A stretch of 64,000 nucleotides of DNA from a virus. Below, in pieces: positions 51,801 to 57,850 of this stretch. The notes under the pieces were generated by a model, which worked only from the letters and a program-made list of their open reading frames with translations, was not told the DNA's origin and did no database searches. The translations under genes were made by a program, and so were the position numbers. Positions within the stretch are counted from its first letter, which is position 1; each line of letters starts with the position of its first letter. The DNA lies in the IMG/VR virus record IMGVR_UViG_3300050343_000212; one strand, written 5' to 3'.

Positions 51801-51898
51801 TGTTCCAGAAACTCTGATAGGAGAGGAAAATCATCTCTGATAAAAGAAGGAAGTTGGCTGGCAACTATATCCTGGAATTTTACTCTATCTACTGACAT
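39872..51898 (-). CDS. gp7: Giant baseplate wedge protein, gp7-like (4008 aa)
   Basis: Position after gp6; VKFQDIVASQLPSFIRDDFP, FYKSKGTDLSYKILFKALFG, HSPIIGWAYDG.PIYGPYG, DNLQVIPNNEYYQNFSYS, VSNLGHTAGFAKF motifs of cyanophage gp7-like proteins. Confidence 0.82.
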   Translation of the reverse strand: MSVDRVKFQDIVASQLPSFIRDDFPLLSEFLEQYYVSQETQGATLDLLQNIDKYVNIDQLTGLKSSTVLQVDISSVDDTIVTGVDGNFTEGFVDNNGLIKIDDEIIAYNSKTNLNFEGCQRGFSGTTSHTSANTPDRLSFSSQTTPTNHKKGAIIQNLNVLFLQEFFRKLKAQVSPGFGDRTLKTNPKNFIINSNSFYKSKGTDLSYKILFKALFGETVDIIRPSRFLLKPSSSNYNVTEDIVVKSYIGDPLQLKNLTLFQNSTQARGTVNNVRKIQYNDGDYYQLSIDSGYDRDVNVTGTTYGKFKPNPKTKLLNTVAVGATIMDVDSTVSFPESGKLEILDSDSNIVSIVYTGKSVTQFLNVSGVNAILSEKTDVDLDDYSHSYVGLGTDNEVRVRITSTLKDLKIQDSGFYNKRDTINIKSFGIEDESIRGSDWLVNNKSRYDVSSIIITDISELKYDVTTFDDHTLKVGYKIILSDNTGGNLDASIIDIGSKKSFTIKANSSIDLNKVYSFENQLLKVFSPKYSFLEKYTANVQNTYSNFNTDLLIATNSLPSYGDLGLDPYDKTLNFSGFATDNIINFGLPHGFYTGDAVYYQPGVITNTTINADGIPITTTTESKFEGTESGVFYIKKINNTSVKLSRSRSDLFRNVFANLGGSVNNNVFTYFSFYNKTIAPQGIYRKIIEPIREAGQFKTLPGYNGIFLNGVELLNYKSEDTIFYGPIKNLIVTAGGSGYDVVNPPRLTIRDNIGIGATGVVAVEGSLERIDIVDQGFDFLETPTISITGGNPIRPAKAETSLVEISYSVNINTEFNGNVNIGNNTIGFSSFHKFSQNEEIVYDSKEMRSIGGLSTNTTYFANVIDNFRISLHTNEKDSQLGINTITFNNTFGQGTQSLYSAKTKKIVSNIVVTDSGEGYKNKKRLIVGVVTATDSFKIDNHGFETGEIIQYTSGSTAVQGILENTNYFVIKIDSDNFRLSDSKSEFNNGVYVDIKGVGDGTFNYEPITVNINGITRITERNGQDFQCKIQPAFRGSIDSIDITNRGSQYGSSEIINLNREPEILFEGGQQAQIKPVINNGRFVDIIIDNSGREYISPPDLIIIGNGKYAKLTPIIENGKLVDVNIINPGIGYVDGQTSIAIANPGKGCDVESKINEWSINLFERNNEFVNNDDGFVDENLAGDKTEYCHLYTPRELRESTYVLKNNGDSFYGIADLEKSNGIEISNSHHSPIIGWAYDGTPIYGPYGYSTPEGGVIKQMRSGYELNVNLTNRPSPSIYPQGFFIEDFQFTGVGDLDVHNGRFCVTPDYPEGVYAYFTTLEPNVEAQGPFRNYKKPQFPYIIGDTFHSKRIEFNYSVESNQTDYDIQKNEWFRNTRSYNTNNLYSGYDYIFNSNKIKRQTIEVTGTNPGSISGVGIFTGGRNYQVGERVIFDNKQSDGKGAQARVSYVNGKEINTVSIATTLTPNVEFIKYFGLQQFIGFSSQPHNYQDQELVNVSGLSNYYKGFDGPYNVGVRSETFVTILGIGTASATGIATYLYVGGALKFPFIRPNDILGIGTEKVKVLNIEEESQRIRVLREQESTVGLAYSTGQVLIGDPRKFTINVGTLTTDKSFRVNEELYFDPPEAVGIGTTTGNGVGTPVTFRNPGIGATTLFIEPQSIYYKNHGLKLNDKVVYSLNGGTSIGVYNGISDANLTDYSELYVAPLTNNFIGISSHKVGMTTTGTYVGIGTTTGLLFFRDTGTGDHHSFKTVRSDILRTQVSRNIVTVSTATTHGLRPNNNVRVNIKPTDIQTIDVRFNQFNRRIVFNPIGFTSENVDTTLNTLYISNHEFSLGDKVVHQSSSPAGGLVNEKMYYVIPYSRDEIRLVEDKYQINEEEPIFVGITSTGLGGTISKINPLTKTRKNNNLKFDLSDPSLSFLSNGVKYPAFKMFVYLDQEFNKEFVTTGTKTDNKFEVSRSGSVGITSDANLTIEITDDVPFRLYYKFDAINIDIISIDQRGLILDTEVSPYNQINIEKSGYDGIQRLTGASGTSFTYELDSVPESLLYNSKNSIPTYDTDSKSVFGSISNIEMISNGSGYTKLPYVKGVNSGIGTNAILDAQTKDIGKILNHRFDSDNIGFDYPTDETLRPVANLPEILEMESLTSFESIGITSFGRNYLHPAKLVVIDGYTNKVIPEVDLRYQIGDTTVKILNNTTGMYDVMPRIIPTLNTNGVGISSIIFDSTTKIVRLLLNQSFQDERDFPFDVGSNILIENISVGLNTASKGYNSSVYEYTLFPVTTIFPQYGGTGAYIEYSLKDHLKDGEFPGKVEPLTTLGQVVAENDFPTFTAKLTTNDYFDGEKVVNGENTGIVESWTSSLDQLKVDTPKDFKVGTIIRGESSNTQSVVMRKYEFNAEITTGVGATIIHGWQDNVGFLNDNLQVIPNNEYYQNFSYSLSSKVPYDQWNDPVSNLGHTAGFAKFADYQLVSKETNPGKGIIQSEDANVEVVIDIIGEGDLNCYYNFDFVSEGTQHINGVLASNEIFFENRLLTDYFQSVGNRVLSIDDVSDQFNSNERAEKFSKVDDFESNYILNKIFTFVKDDVFTNERQFSVVNMLHNGIIGYSNEYGTISTYPPLGFYGYIQSGTGWSLTFNPIKFQYNAYQTATVAISLLDGVAGVGSTSLGDVLSIESDQVNINFGSTTTIASFPTSNKAAKLCVLAKGTSGIHSGQYHSSDINIVHDGTTVSMVEYGDIQTSFNNLNIGFGTYSSYIDGGLVKIDYHPSSSGSIEHQSQMTVFSGVGTSTGDHTLRTGRIKSSYTSIASSGSPLPVVISSYNDPYSANYSIVVVEDTTNNDLEMFELGMCNSTWNEVLTDWAYTRTSGTLGQVGVTSTSTTKNITFTPNPGIDVKVRTFGIDLMLYPGLINDTELKMNNLEITTGAGSYRGTKLDLKSQFGLKHKGLEIFRRVIDGSDTSTVSTTADTVTIPNHFFVTGEKLQYSHVGSGTSQAISIAPTSISGVTTDKLPETLYVIKVDEGRVRFAATAENALSLTPTSFDITGVGIGNSHVFTSTNQNAKALIAVDNMIQSPITETSITTDLNQDIIFDTIFDVTGITSFASGDIVRVDDEYMIADAVGIAGSTRFGVRRAQLGTGIGLHTTGATITKITGSYNITGSTVNFSSSPYGKTPLSTTATADPDSRDWTGITTSSSFQGRTFMRRSGAGRTEDTYSNNYVFDDISNKFNGIGTVFTLQNNGNNTTGYSTDNGIILLNNIFQVPKGSQVGDGTYQMEESVGVTSISFTGVGIAATNGYDPNSGDVPIGGLIISVGSESGFGYQPLVSAGGTVTVSATGSITNVSIANSGSGYRAGIQTVVNVGVQTDGEPNLQFIGTAAISGGNIVSVNITNPGSGYTSTNPPSVVFDEPLSYSNIPVEYSGNAGAGNSATVNIVVGQGSSVIDFEFRYGGYGYGEGEVLTVPVGGPTGIPTDPSLAFEEFQITIDEVFTDKFNGISIGQLQVLDKFDNLFNGSDKDFRLLIDGEPVSIQSAKGSNIEVDQTLLIFLNDILQEPGKSYIFNGGSTIKFAESPKVGDTSKVLFYKGSGDVDVIFTNVLETVKVGDTLDINNFPPDQTIIFDQEPRTVTGINTLDSVQTVTYLNPGITSDRSVLRPVTWCKQTSDKIINGQPIGKNRVKYEPFVQPTSYLIQPVGLGSTEAYVDNVRPLFDSNNESQIRSFQREITLTSQDNIVGASGTAIVSTSGIITSISITNSGVGYTVAPSVTIGSYSGVSESTATAAISGGQVTSVTITDGGSGYSDVPVVLFEQPKLIQEKINVSSYEGDYGTLVGFGTTTVGNDTRVIFDFFIDSQSFLRDTKYVGTAITVSGISTGDFFTIYNSNIGDDTFVSMSNDNTTIVGITTINIDGIWCVKDAQTLTTNVIGIGNTVVRRVFCNISGLSTASFSSTFLTFDSTLFTYDTQEVEVFTGGISSSFSFGKFSWGKINFEPRISSREFNSYNNNGYVGISSAGLVQRTNPLKFVNYI

Positions 51899-51904
51899 TA
51901 TTTT

Positions 51905-53821
51905 TTATCGTGTGAGTGATCCGTTTGAATAGCTTGAAGTTACTGTATATGATCCACCTGATATATCACTACCTGAGGAAACCTGATCAGGAACCATGTT
52001 CACTGTCAAATTTGAGGTATCCATCTGTAGATAGAGATCACGAAGACCAAGAACATCATTAGAGTATGGACAGGATGAAACTTCAATGAGAGAAGTTCCA
52101 CGAGTTACTTCAGTTGAAATAACATTAAGTGGGTTGAGTTTAATTAATCCTGTTATGTAATCAATCGTTCCAATGTTTCTTTTCAGAATCACTGGTTCAG
52201 TTGGTGAATCCAACTTAAACATAAAGATTGTTCCAGTGGTGAGATTTGCATTAGGTGCATCACTCATGTATACTGTTCCAGCTATACCACTTACTGAGAA
52301 ACCAGAAGTTTTAATGTTAAATCCAAGTTCACTTTTTACATGAATGCGATTACCAAATGTTAGACTATATTCAATAAATTGATTTAGTATAGCCTGTAGG
52401 TCTCTCCTCATCTTCACAGTAGTAATATTTGAGGTAATTGAATCATGACTATCGTCAATGATCTTACCAAACTTACTATACTTGAACCTTGCCCCAAACT
52501 TATTTAACTGAGTAGAATCAGAGTACTTTATGATATTATTTGTTACTACGTTCCTGACTTGGGAAGGACCAGGTGCTAGGTTTGAATTATAATATACGTT
52601 AGTATCGATCTCAATAAACAGATAATTGAGATCGATAATCTCAGTAATGATACCAGCTACCGAATACTTAGCAAGTTCTAGTTTGAGGTTCCTTTTAATT
52701 TCCTCAGATAAGAATACACCATTGAATGGTTTAATACTGACAAATACCTTACCATACTGTGGGGGATTCAGTTCTTCACCACCATATGCCGCAACTGATT
52801 CTGCTTCAGTATAGATTCTGGGGACAAGTGACTCAAAATCAGTTGATGTTACAGCTCTGTCTTGAGATGCATAGATGTTAGGTGCTAGTTTCTTAATTGA
52901 CTCAACACTCTCGATCTCATCACCACCAAGAGCCGATTCATTGATTGTGAGACCAGAAACACCACTAGCTAGTGGGCTTCCGTTATTATCTTCTATTCTA
53001 CCAATAAATGTCAGATTGGAGATACCGTTTGGTGATGATCCACTACATGTCAGATATTGAACTACAACTTGATTTGGTTCTTGTAACTTAGTTCCAAATA
53101 TACCATCACCAAACAATAATTCATATCTCTCACCTTCTGTTTCTCTTAGGAAGAATAGTGGTGTATCCTTATCTGCATTGATAAGACTAGTATATTGACT
53201 ATATTTTCTCGATACTGTTGAGTTAGAATTAACCTTTACTGATACTCTAATAGAGTCTGTATCAATACCTGTATTTGGTAAGATGTATTTTTGATTTGGT
53301 AATCTTGACTGAACATCATATGTTTGATTCAGGAACGAACCCTCATATACATCAACGTTATCAAATACAGCAAATCCTGTTGAATCTACCGGTACAGTGA
53401 TATCCTCCATTATACAAAATGTAAATGAAGAATTATTGAACGTGGAACCAGATAGTGCCACAGCCCCAGCTTTCAGTGTTACTGATACAACACTAGTCTT
53501 AGTATCACCCGATCCTCTTAGGTCAACCTCAAAGGAGATGTTTGATCTTGACGACTTCCTTGAACGAGGAAGGTAACCAATGTTTCGTGCGATTGATACA
53601 ACATTCTCTCTTAATGTTGCACTGTCAAGGAACACCTCATTCGATACCATGTTGGCATTGTATGAGGAGATATAACTGTTATATGCTAACGTGTCTATTA
53701 TTGTCGATAGATTTGATCCCTCAAAATCATAATCCGTAAAGTTGGAATTTGATCTGAGATAATCTTTGATGGATTGTTTAATCTCATCAAAATCGACATT
53801 GCTGAAGTTTACTAAGGGCAT
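51905..53821 (-). CDS. gp6: Baseplate wedge protein gp6
   Basis: DFDEIKQSIKDYLRSNSNFTDYDFEGSNLS, FLDSATLRENVVSIARNIGY, ASQDRAVTSTDFE, PPQYGKVFVSIKP. Confidence 0.96.
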   Translation of the reverse strand: MPLVNFSNVDFDEIKQSIKDYLRSNSNFTDYDFEGSNLSTIIDTLAYNSYISSYNANMVSNEVFLDSATLRENVVSIARNIGYLPRSRKSSRSNISFEVDLRGSGDTKTSVVSVTLKAGAVALSGSTFNNSSFTFCIMEDITVPVDSTGFAVFDNVDVYEGSFLNQTYDVQSRLPNQKYILPNTGIDTDSIRVSVKVNSNSTVSRKYSQYTSLINADKDTPLFFLRETEGERYELLFGDGIFGTKLQEPNQVVVQYLTCSGSSPNGISNLTFIGRIEDNNGSPLASGVSGLTINESALGGDEIESVESIKKLAPNIYASQDRAVTSTDFESLVPRIYTEAESVAAYGGEELNPPQYGKVFVSIKPFNGVFLSEEIKRNLKLELAKYSVAGIITEIIDLNYLFIEIDTNVYYNSNLAPGPSQVRNVVTNNIIKYSDSTQLNKFGARFKYSKFGKIIDDSHDSITSNITTVKMRRDLQAILNQFIEYSLTFGNRIHVKSELGFNIKTSGFSVSGIAGTVYMSDAPNANLTTGTIFMFKLDSPTEPVILKRNIGTIDYITGLIKLNPLNVISTEVTRGTSLIEVSSCPYSNDVLGLRDLYLQMDTSNLTVNMVPDQVSSGSDISGGSYTVTSSYSNGSLTR

Positions 53822-53822
53822 C

Positions 53823-54224
53823 TTACCTAGTGGGCTCTAATGCAAATGATAGTGACTGTGGTAGAGCATCAATACCAACAATCTTATAACGAATGACTAC
53901 ATCAAACTCATAATTATCTTCATTAGCAGAAACCTGAACTTCAGTTAAGTTAACTCTAGGTTCGAAGTTTCTTATTGATGTTTCAATTTCGGTTTTGATA
54001 GCGTATGATGTTTGATTATCAAAGTTCTCAAACAATAACCGATAAACATTTGAACCCAATTCTGAGTTAAAAGGTCTCTCACCAGGTGCAGTCATAACGA
54101 GATTACGAATAGATCTCGCAATTGCATTTTCGTTTCTGAGAGCAACTAGGTCCATATTCAGGGGATTAGCCTGAAATGTAGCACTCACGTCTCGAAAAGC
54201 TTTAGTGATCCTTTCTGCTGGCAC
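53823..54224 (-). CDS. gp25: Baseplate wedge / sheath initiator gp25
   Basis: NENAIARSIRNLVMTAPGERPFNSELGS...IRNFEPRV. Confidence 0.95.
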   Translation of the reverse strand: MPAERITKAFRDVSATFQANPLNMDLVALRNENAIARSIRNLVMTAPGERPFNSELGSNVYRLLFENFDNQTSYAIKTEIETSIRNFEPRVNLTEVQVSANEDNYEFDVVIRYKIVGIDALPQSLSFALEPTR

Positions 54225-54252
54225 CTGAACAGATTATATAAGTGTGCTTTAT

Positions 54253-54408
54253 TTAGGTGTGTTCTGACAGGGTTTGTTGTCCACACTTACATACATGATT
54301 TGGATCATCACAATCTTCGGACTCAAACAATCCATCTTCGTTTACAATTCTTTTATTTTTAGGTGTAATCTTATCATTTGCTATCTCCCGAAGTAGATTG
54401 TCTTCCAT
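54253..54408 (-). CDS. Small acidic hypothetical protein, 51 aa (below the ORF-track cutoff)
   Basis: MEDNLLREIANDKITPK...CDDPNHVCKC...; the stop overlaps a CTAAATA late-promoter-like motif for gp25. Confidence 0.6.
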   Translation of the reverse strand: MEDNLLREIANDKITPKNKRIVNEDGLFESEDCDDPNHVCKCGQQTLSEHT

Positions 54409-55081
54409 CATTATCCTGTGTAGTATTAGTATCTAGTCTTTCTTTAGCAGTCTTCCAAAAATAAGAATCCTGATCACCAAGTCCATCTTTCTCATAACCA
54501 CACTCTACCTGATAGATTTGAGTGGATACTTTGAAATCTGGCATCTTTGGTTTCTCAGGTGTTAAACTATTATCATAGATACGAGTTCTATTGTTTGGAT
54601 ACAATGCATATTGTCCATTGTCAAGTTCAATCAAGTTATGAGACTTATGTTCAGAAGGGTTCTCTGAACAACTGTAATCAATGATATCAGGATCTTGATG
54701 GTAGTTGTCAAGAGTACACACATAAGACCCCTTCATGGTCCCATGGTTCCTTGTATAGACCTCATAGTTCATACTACCAATGAATTGTTTATTAACAGCA
54801 ACAACACCATAATCCATACAATTCCAAAACTGTAGGTTTTGTAAATTCATATCAGGGTCAGGTGTCTTTGGTTCTGATACAAAGGCACTGATCGGTAGTT
54901 TATCATACATTGCCCCATACTCTGGTAAGTATGTCTCAAAGTAAAAGGCTCGACCAGGGATACTCTTAGCAGATACCCATACACCTTTCTCAAACTCCCC
55001 ATGACCTGACTGGTGGTCTGTTAGATATTCTTTTCGAACCCATACTTCAACAGATGGTAAGTTAGCAATCAAACATGCCAT
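54374..55081 (-). CDS. Conserved cyanophage/cyanobacterial hypothetical protein, 235 aa
   Basis: LIANLP..EVWVRKEYLTDHQSGHGEF...SIPGRAFYFETYLPEYGAMYDKLPISAF...NGQYALYPNNR. Confidence 0.85.
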   Translation of the reverse strand: MACLIANLPSVEVWVRKEYLTDHQSGHGEFEKGVWVSAKSIPGRAFYFETYLPEYGAMYDKLPISAFVSEPKTPDPDMNLQNLQFWNCMDYGVVAVNKQFIGSMNYEVYTRNHGTMKGSYVCTLDNYHQDPDIIDYSCSENPSEHKSHNLIELDNGQYALYPNNRTRIYDNSLTPEKPKMPDFKVSTQIYQVECGYEKDGLGDQDSYFWKTAKERLDTNTTQDNDGRQSTSGDSK

Positions 55082-55113
55082 ATTAATATCTTCAGTTAAT
55101 ATATCTATACATT

Positions 55114-55136
55114 AAAAAGGAATCCCGAAGGATTCC
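55114..55136 (-). terminator. Rho-independent terminator with a cUUCGg tetraloop
   Basis: Minus strand GGAAUCC UUCG GGAUUCC UUUUU. Confidence 0.92.
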
Positions 55137-55143
55137 CATAATA

Positions 55144-55290
55144 CTATCGACCTTGACCTTTATACCTCTTCTTTGCCTTGTTAGAACTCGTAGACGCATA
55201 CTTTGTATGTTGGCCTGATCCTTGTCGCGATTTTTTGGGTTGTGTCTCAATAAACACATTACCCATTAGACTCTTCTTAACTTTTGCCAT
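55144..55290 (-). CDS. Very basic 48-aa protein (below the ORF-track cutoff)
   Basis: MAKVKKSLMGNVFIETQPKKSRQGSGQHTKYASTSSNKAKKRYKGQGR; GGAGG Shine-Dalgarno site upstream. Confidence 0.85.
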   Translation of the reverse strand: MAKVKKSLMGNVFIETQPKKSRQGSGQHTKYASTSSNKAKKRYKGQGR

Positions 55291-55302
55291 AATGACCTCC
55301 TA

Positions 55303-56115
55303 TCAAATAACTCGCATTTTTTCGTGACCCACACGAATACGAGGATCACACCAAATCTCATAACCAGCTTCGATAGCATCTAAACAGAATGAGACATCCT
55401 CTCCACACATATCTTGAACAGCTCCTGATTCAAACACCTGCATCTTCGGTGCAAACCATGGATATGTCATCTTCTTATCTTCAAACACACCCTTCTTAAT
55501 CATCACCCATCCGAAACCTGTGTAATCTACAGTGAAAGGCTTCTTACGATTCTGAATCGAGTCTACCATCTCATGATTCATCACACCACCGTTGTTACGG
55601 AAGTCATCCTCTTCTAACCAATGTGCAACTGAGGTAGTCTTCCCGTCTTCTGTGGAATACCAACCAGCAGAGATCGGATGATCTTCTCCTTCAATCTCAT
55701 TACCTTCTTCATCAATTGCAGAAGCTGGTAGTGCTACATCACACAATTGCCAAAACTTCTCTGTATTGAATACAATGTCACTATCAATCCACAACTGATA
55801 GTCATAGTTCAACTTACCATCCCAGGGAATCTGATCTGGTCCACGAAGTACATTGGCACCCAAACACTTACAACGTGCAAAGTTTACCATACTACTATAG
55901 TCTTGACTGATCTGAATGGACATACCATTCTGTACCATATCAAAACATAATTGTACGAAGTTCTTCATAAACGTATATGAACATCCTCTTCCAGGTAGAC
56001 AGAATACAATTGTCTTACCTCTCATCCGAGCCTTGATATCATCAATATCCCACTCAGGTGCTTTTGTCCTTAGAGTTTTGGGCTTTGCTGCCTTCACCGT
56101 AAATCCTTTAGCCAT
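55303..56115 (-). CDS. GT-A-fold glycosyltransferase-like protein
   Basis: IVFCLPG start strand, NFARCKCL, YQLWIDSDIVF (DxD motif), VDYTGFGWVMIKKGVFE, GEDVSFCLDA, CDPRIRVGHEK. Confidence 0.8.
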   Translation of the reverse strand: MAKGFTVKAAKPKTLRTKAPEWDIDDIKARMRGKTIVFCLPGRGCSYTFMKNFVQLCFDMVQNGMSIQISQDYSSMVNFARCKCLGANVLRGPDQIPWDGKLNYDYQLWIDSDIVFNTEKFWQLCDVALPASAIDEEGNEIEGEDHPISAGWYSTEDGKTTSVAHWLEEDDFRNNGGVMNHEMVDSIQNRKKPFTVDYTGFGWVMIKKGVFEDKKMTYPWFAPKMQVFESGAVQDMCGEDVSFCLDAIEAGYEIWCDPRIRVGHEKMRVI

Positions 56116-56163
56116 AAGTCTTAGTAACTACACTTCAAATTATATCAGAGTATCTAGGGAGAG

Positions 56164-56370
56164 TCAATAGGAGCTTTCCTCTTCCTCTGGTATTGTTTTC
56201 ACTACCTCATATGAGAGGTCCTCCTCTTCATACTCAGTTTTCATCAGTCCTACCATTGCTTTCAATGATGTCCAAGTATGGTCGAAGTTTTCTTCACTTA
56301 TCATCGGAACTACACACTTGTCTCTCAAGTATATGTGATAATAATTTTCAGGGGTAAAATTTTTCATCAA
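56164..56370 (-). CDS. Hypothetical protein, 68 aa
   Basis: GGAGG Shine-Dalgarno site upstream; same strand as the operon. Confidence 0.75.
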   Translation of the reverse strand: MMKNFTPENYYHIYLRDKCVVPMISEENFDHTWTSLKAMVGLMKTEYEEEDLSYEVVKTIPEEEESSY

Positions 56371-56403
56371 CCTCCAATAGGGTTTCGTTTTTATATATGG
56401 GAA

Positions 56404-56584
56404 CCCCCTATATGCTGGGCATAGCTGGGAAAAAAAATAGGGGGAATTATTTCGAAAGAGGGTATATACTTTTGTAGGTTAGGGTTAGGTACTTTTTTAG
56501 AACGGGGGGGGGTCGGATCGGCTTTATACCCGCTACGCCGACCGACGATATCATAAACCGACGAATAATAACGTGTCGATTCAC
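56404..56584 (-). ncRNA. Putative structured leader or ncRNA downstream of a sigma70 promoter
   Basis: GUCGGUCGGC / GCCGAUCCGAC stem (56512-56546), C9 tract, and a CCCCCUAU / AUAGGGGG stem (56404-56444) in a non-coding gap. Confidence 0.4.
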
Positions 56585-56590
56585 AACATC

Positions 56591-56619
56591 ATCATAACGC
56601 ATATATCACTGTCTGTCAA
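56591..56619 (-). promoter_or_regulatory. Sigma70-type promoter TTGACA-N17-TATGAT
   Basis: Perfect -35 at 56614-56619, 17-nt spacer, -10 TATGAT at 56591-56596. Confidence 0.8.
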
Positions 56620-56786
56620 CTCACCCCAAGAGACTGATATACATCTTCTCGTGTCTCTAAGTATTCATCAAGTTGTTCAGTAGTAGTGAAGTATTCCAAC
56701 AACATTTGATATTCATCTCTATAATCAATCACTTTCATATCGATGAGATTGTAGAGTGCTTGGGAGAATGCTTCGGTGTGAATCAA
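56616..56786 (-). CDS. Small hypothetical protein, 56 aa, TTG start
   Basis: (M)IHTEAFSQALYNLIDMKVIDYRDEY...; the start aligns exactly with the ATG position after motif copy 6. Confidence 0.6.
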   Translation of the reverse strand: MIHTEAFSQALYNLIDMKVIDYRDEYQMLLEYFTTTEQLDEYLETREDVYQSLGVS

Positions 56787-56797
56787 GTTGGTTTAAA

Positions 56798-56835
56798 GTG
56801 TCTTACATCTATAGAGCACTTTGCAGGTGAGTAAC
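56798..56835 (-). repeat. Cassette-heading motif, copy 1
   Basis: GTTACTCACCTGCAAAGTGCTCTATAGATGTAAGACAC; directly downstream of a terminator. Confidence 0.9.
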
Positions 56836-56851
56836 AATAATATACTGCAAT

Positions 56852-56881
56852 AAAAAAGGGAAAGGACACCACTCCTCTCCC
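56852..56881 (-). terminator. Rho-independent terminator
   Basis: Minus strand GGGAGAGGA GUGGUG UCCUUUCCC UUUUUU. Confidence 0.85.
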
Positions 56882-57014
56882 TCAGTTTGTAACACACACC
56901 GGGTCTGAGTTTATAGACCTCACCCGTGGTCTGTTTGTAATACTTAGTAAGTGTTCTTAAGTGTATGTAACTGAAGGGGGATTAGACCCCCTTACAGACT
57001 CTTATAGGTGTGTC

Positions 57015-57131
57015 TTAGAAGGTAATCTCCTCAGGGTTGGAAGTGTCATTCTGAATAACATCGAGGATCTGAAGGATTTCATCACCGTTGTTACCTTGAG
57101 CCAACAATCCGAGTGCAAGTTCGAGAGTCAT
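57015..57131 (-). CDS. Small hypothetical protein, 38 aa
   Basis: MTLELALGLLAQGNNGDEILQILDVIQNDTSNPEEITF; resembles a recurrent cyanophage micro-ORF. Confidence 0.55.
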   Translation of the reverse strand: MTLELALGLLAQGNNGDEILQILDVIQNDTSNPEEITF

Positions 57132-57202
57132 AATAAAGAAGAAAGTGTTAGATAGGGGAGGTTTGGTCTAGGTCTTACGCTGAATACTGTGCTGCCTAGT
57201 TG

Positions 57203-57328
57203 TTACTTAGTGTTGGTCAGTAAAGAATGCTTAGGACCTTTCTTTGTCTTGAGAACTGTTACCTTTGGTTTCACTCCTGATTGTTGTAGTTCATCGATGA
57301 TGTTGATCAGGTTAGTATAACTGGTCAT
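57203..57328 (-). CDS. Small hypothetical protein, 41 aa
   Basis: MTSYTNLINIIDELQQSGVKPKVTVLKTKKGPKH... Confidence 0.55.
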   Translation of the reverse strand: MTSYTNLINIIDELQQSGVKPKVTVLKTKKGPKHSLLTNTK

Positions 57329-57353
57329 GGTAGGTAATGTCAATTAGTGGTGA

Positions 57354-57524
57354 TCAGTTGTTTTCTAGTAGGTCTTCAATCACTGTGAATACATCATCAG
57401 TGATTGTGATTCCTTGTGATTCACAATAGTCAAGACACATTTCCAGATCAGGTGTCATCTCTAGGACGAAACTGTAAAGGTCTGAGAAGACTGATTCTGT
57501 GAGGATGGTTTGAGTGTTGTTCAT
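57354..57524 (-). CDS. Small acidic hypothetical protein, 56 aa
   Basis: MNNTQTILTESVFSDLYSFVLEMTPDLEMCLDYCESQGI...; start uncertain because the ATG lies inside motif copy 2. Confidence 0.6.
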   Translation of the reverse strand: MNNTQTILTESVFSDLYSFVLEMTPDLEMCLDYCESQGITITDDVFTVIEDLLENN

Positions 57525-57553
57525 ATCCATGGGGCAGTTTGGAGGTGAGTAAC
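57516..57553 (-). repeat. Cassette-heading motif, copy 2
   Basis: GTTACTCACCTCCAAACTGCCCCATGGATATGAACAAC. Confidence 0.88.
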
Positions 57554-57610
57554 ATTAATACCTAAGAGACTGTTACAGATAAGGGATCCTGATTTGACAG
57601 GATTGGGGGG

Positions 57611-57639
57611 TTGACATGTTCTCGAAGTCCTGATAGACT
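57611..57639 (+). promoter_or_regulatory. Antisense sigma70 promoter TTGACA-N17-TAGACT with an extended -10 (TG)
   Basis: TTGACA 57611-57616, spacer tgttctcgaagtcctga (17 nt), TAGACT 57634-57639; a second TTGACA at 57594-57599. Confidence 0.75.
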
Positions 57640-57654
57640 ACGGCCTTAGATGAC

Positions 57655-57850
57655 AATAAGATCAGACCTTTATCAGATATAAGTCATAATAAGATCAGAC
57701 GTTTCTCCACAGGTTTATAACACATAACAACACATAATATCAGGGTTTATCCACACTTTCCTTCACTTATTCCACACCCTTGTGGAAAACAATAAAACAC
57801 GCATATATGTTTTTAAATACCTTTTTTAATATAAAACATGGTATTTAGTA
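57655..57850. other. Candidate replication origin: direct repeats, DnaA-box cluster and AT-rich tract
   Basis: AATAAGATCAGAC at 57655 and 57688; TTCTCCACA 57703, TTATCCACA 57747, TATTCCACA 57768, TGTGGAAAA 57781; AT-rich 57790-57850. Confidence 0.55.

Noticed and set aside
56475-56490. Telomere-like TAGGTTAGGGTTAGGT
   Set aside because: Only one exact TTAGGG unit, internal to the genome; treated as part of the G-rich element instead.
56971-56997. AAGGGGG-attaga-CCCCCTT hairpin
   Set aside because: It lacks a U-tract on either strand and has no clear role; insufficient evidence to call it a terminator or ncRNA.
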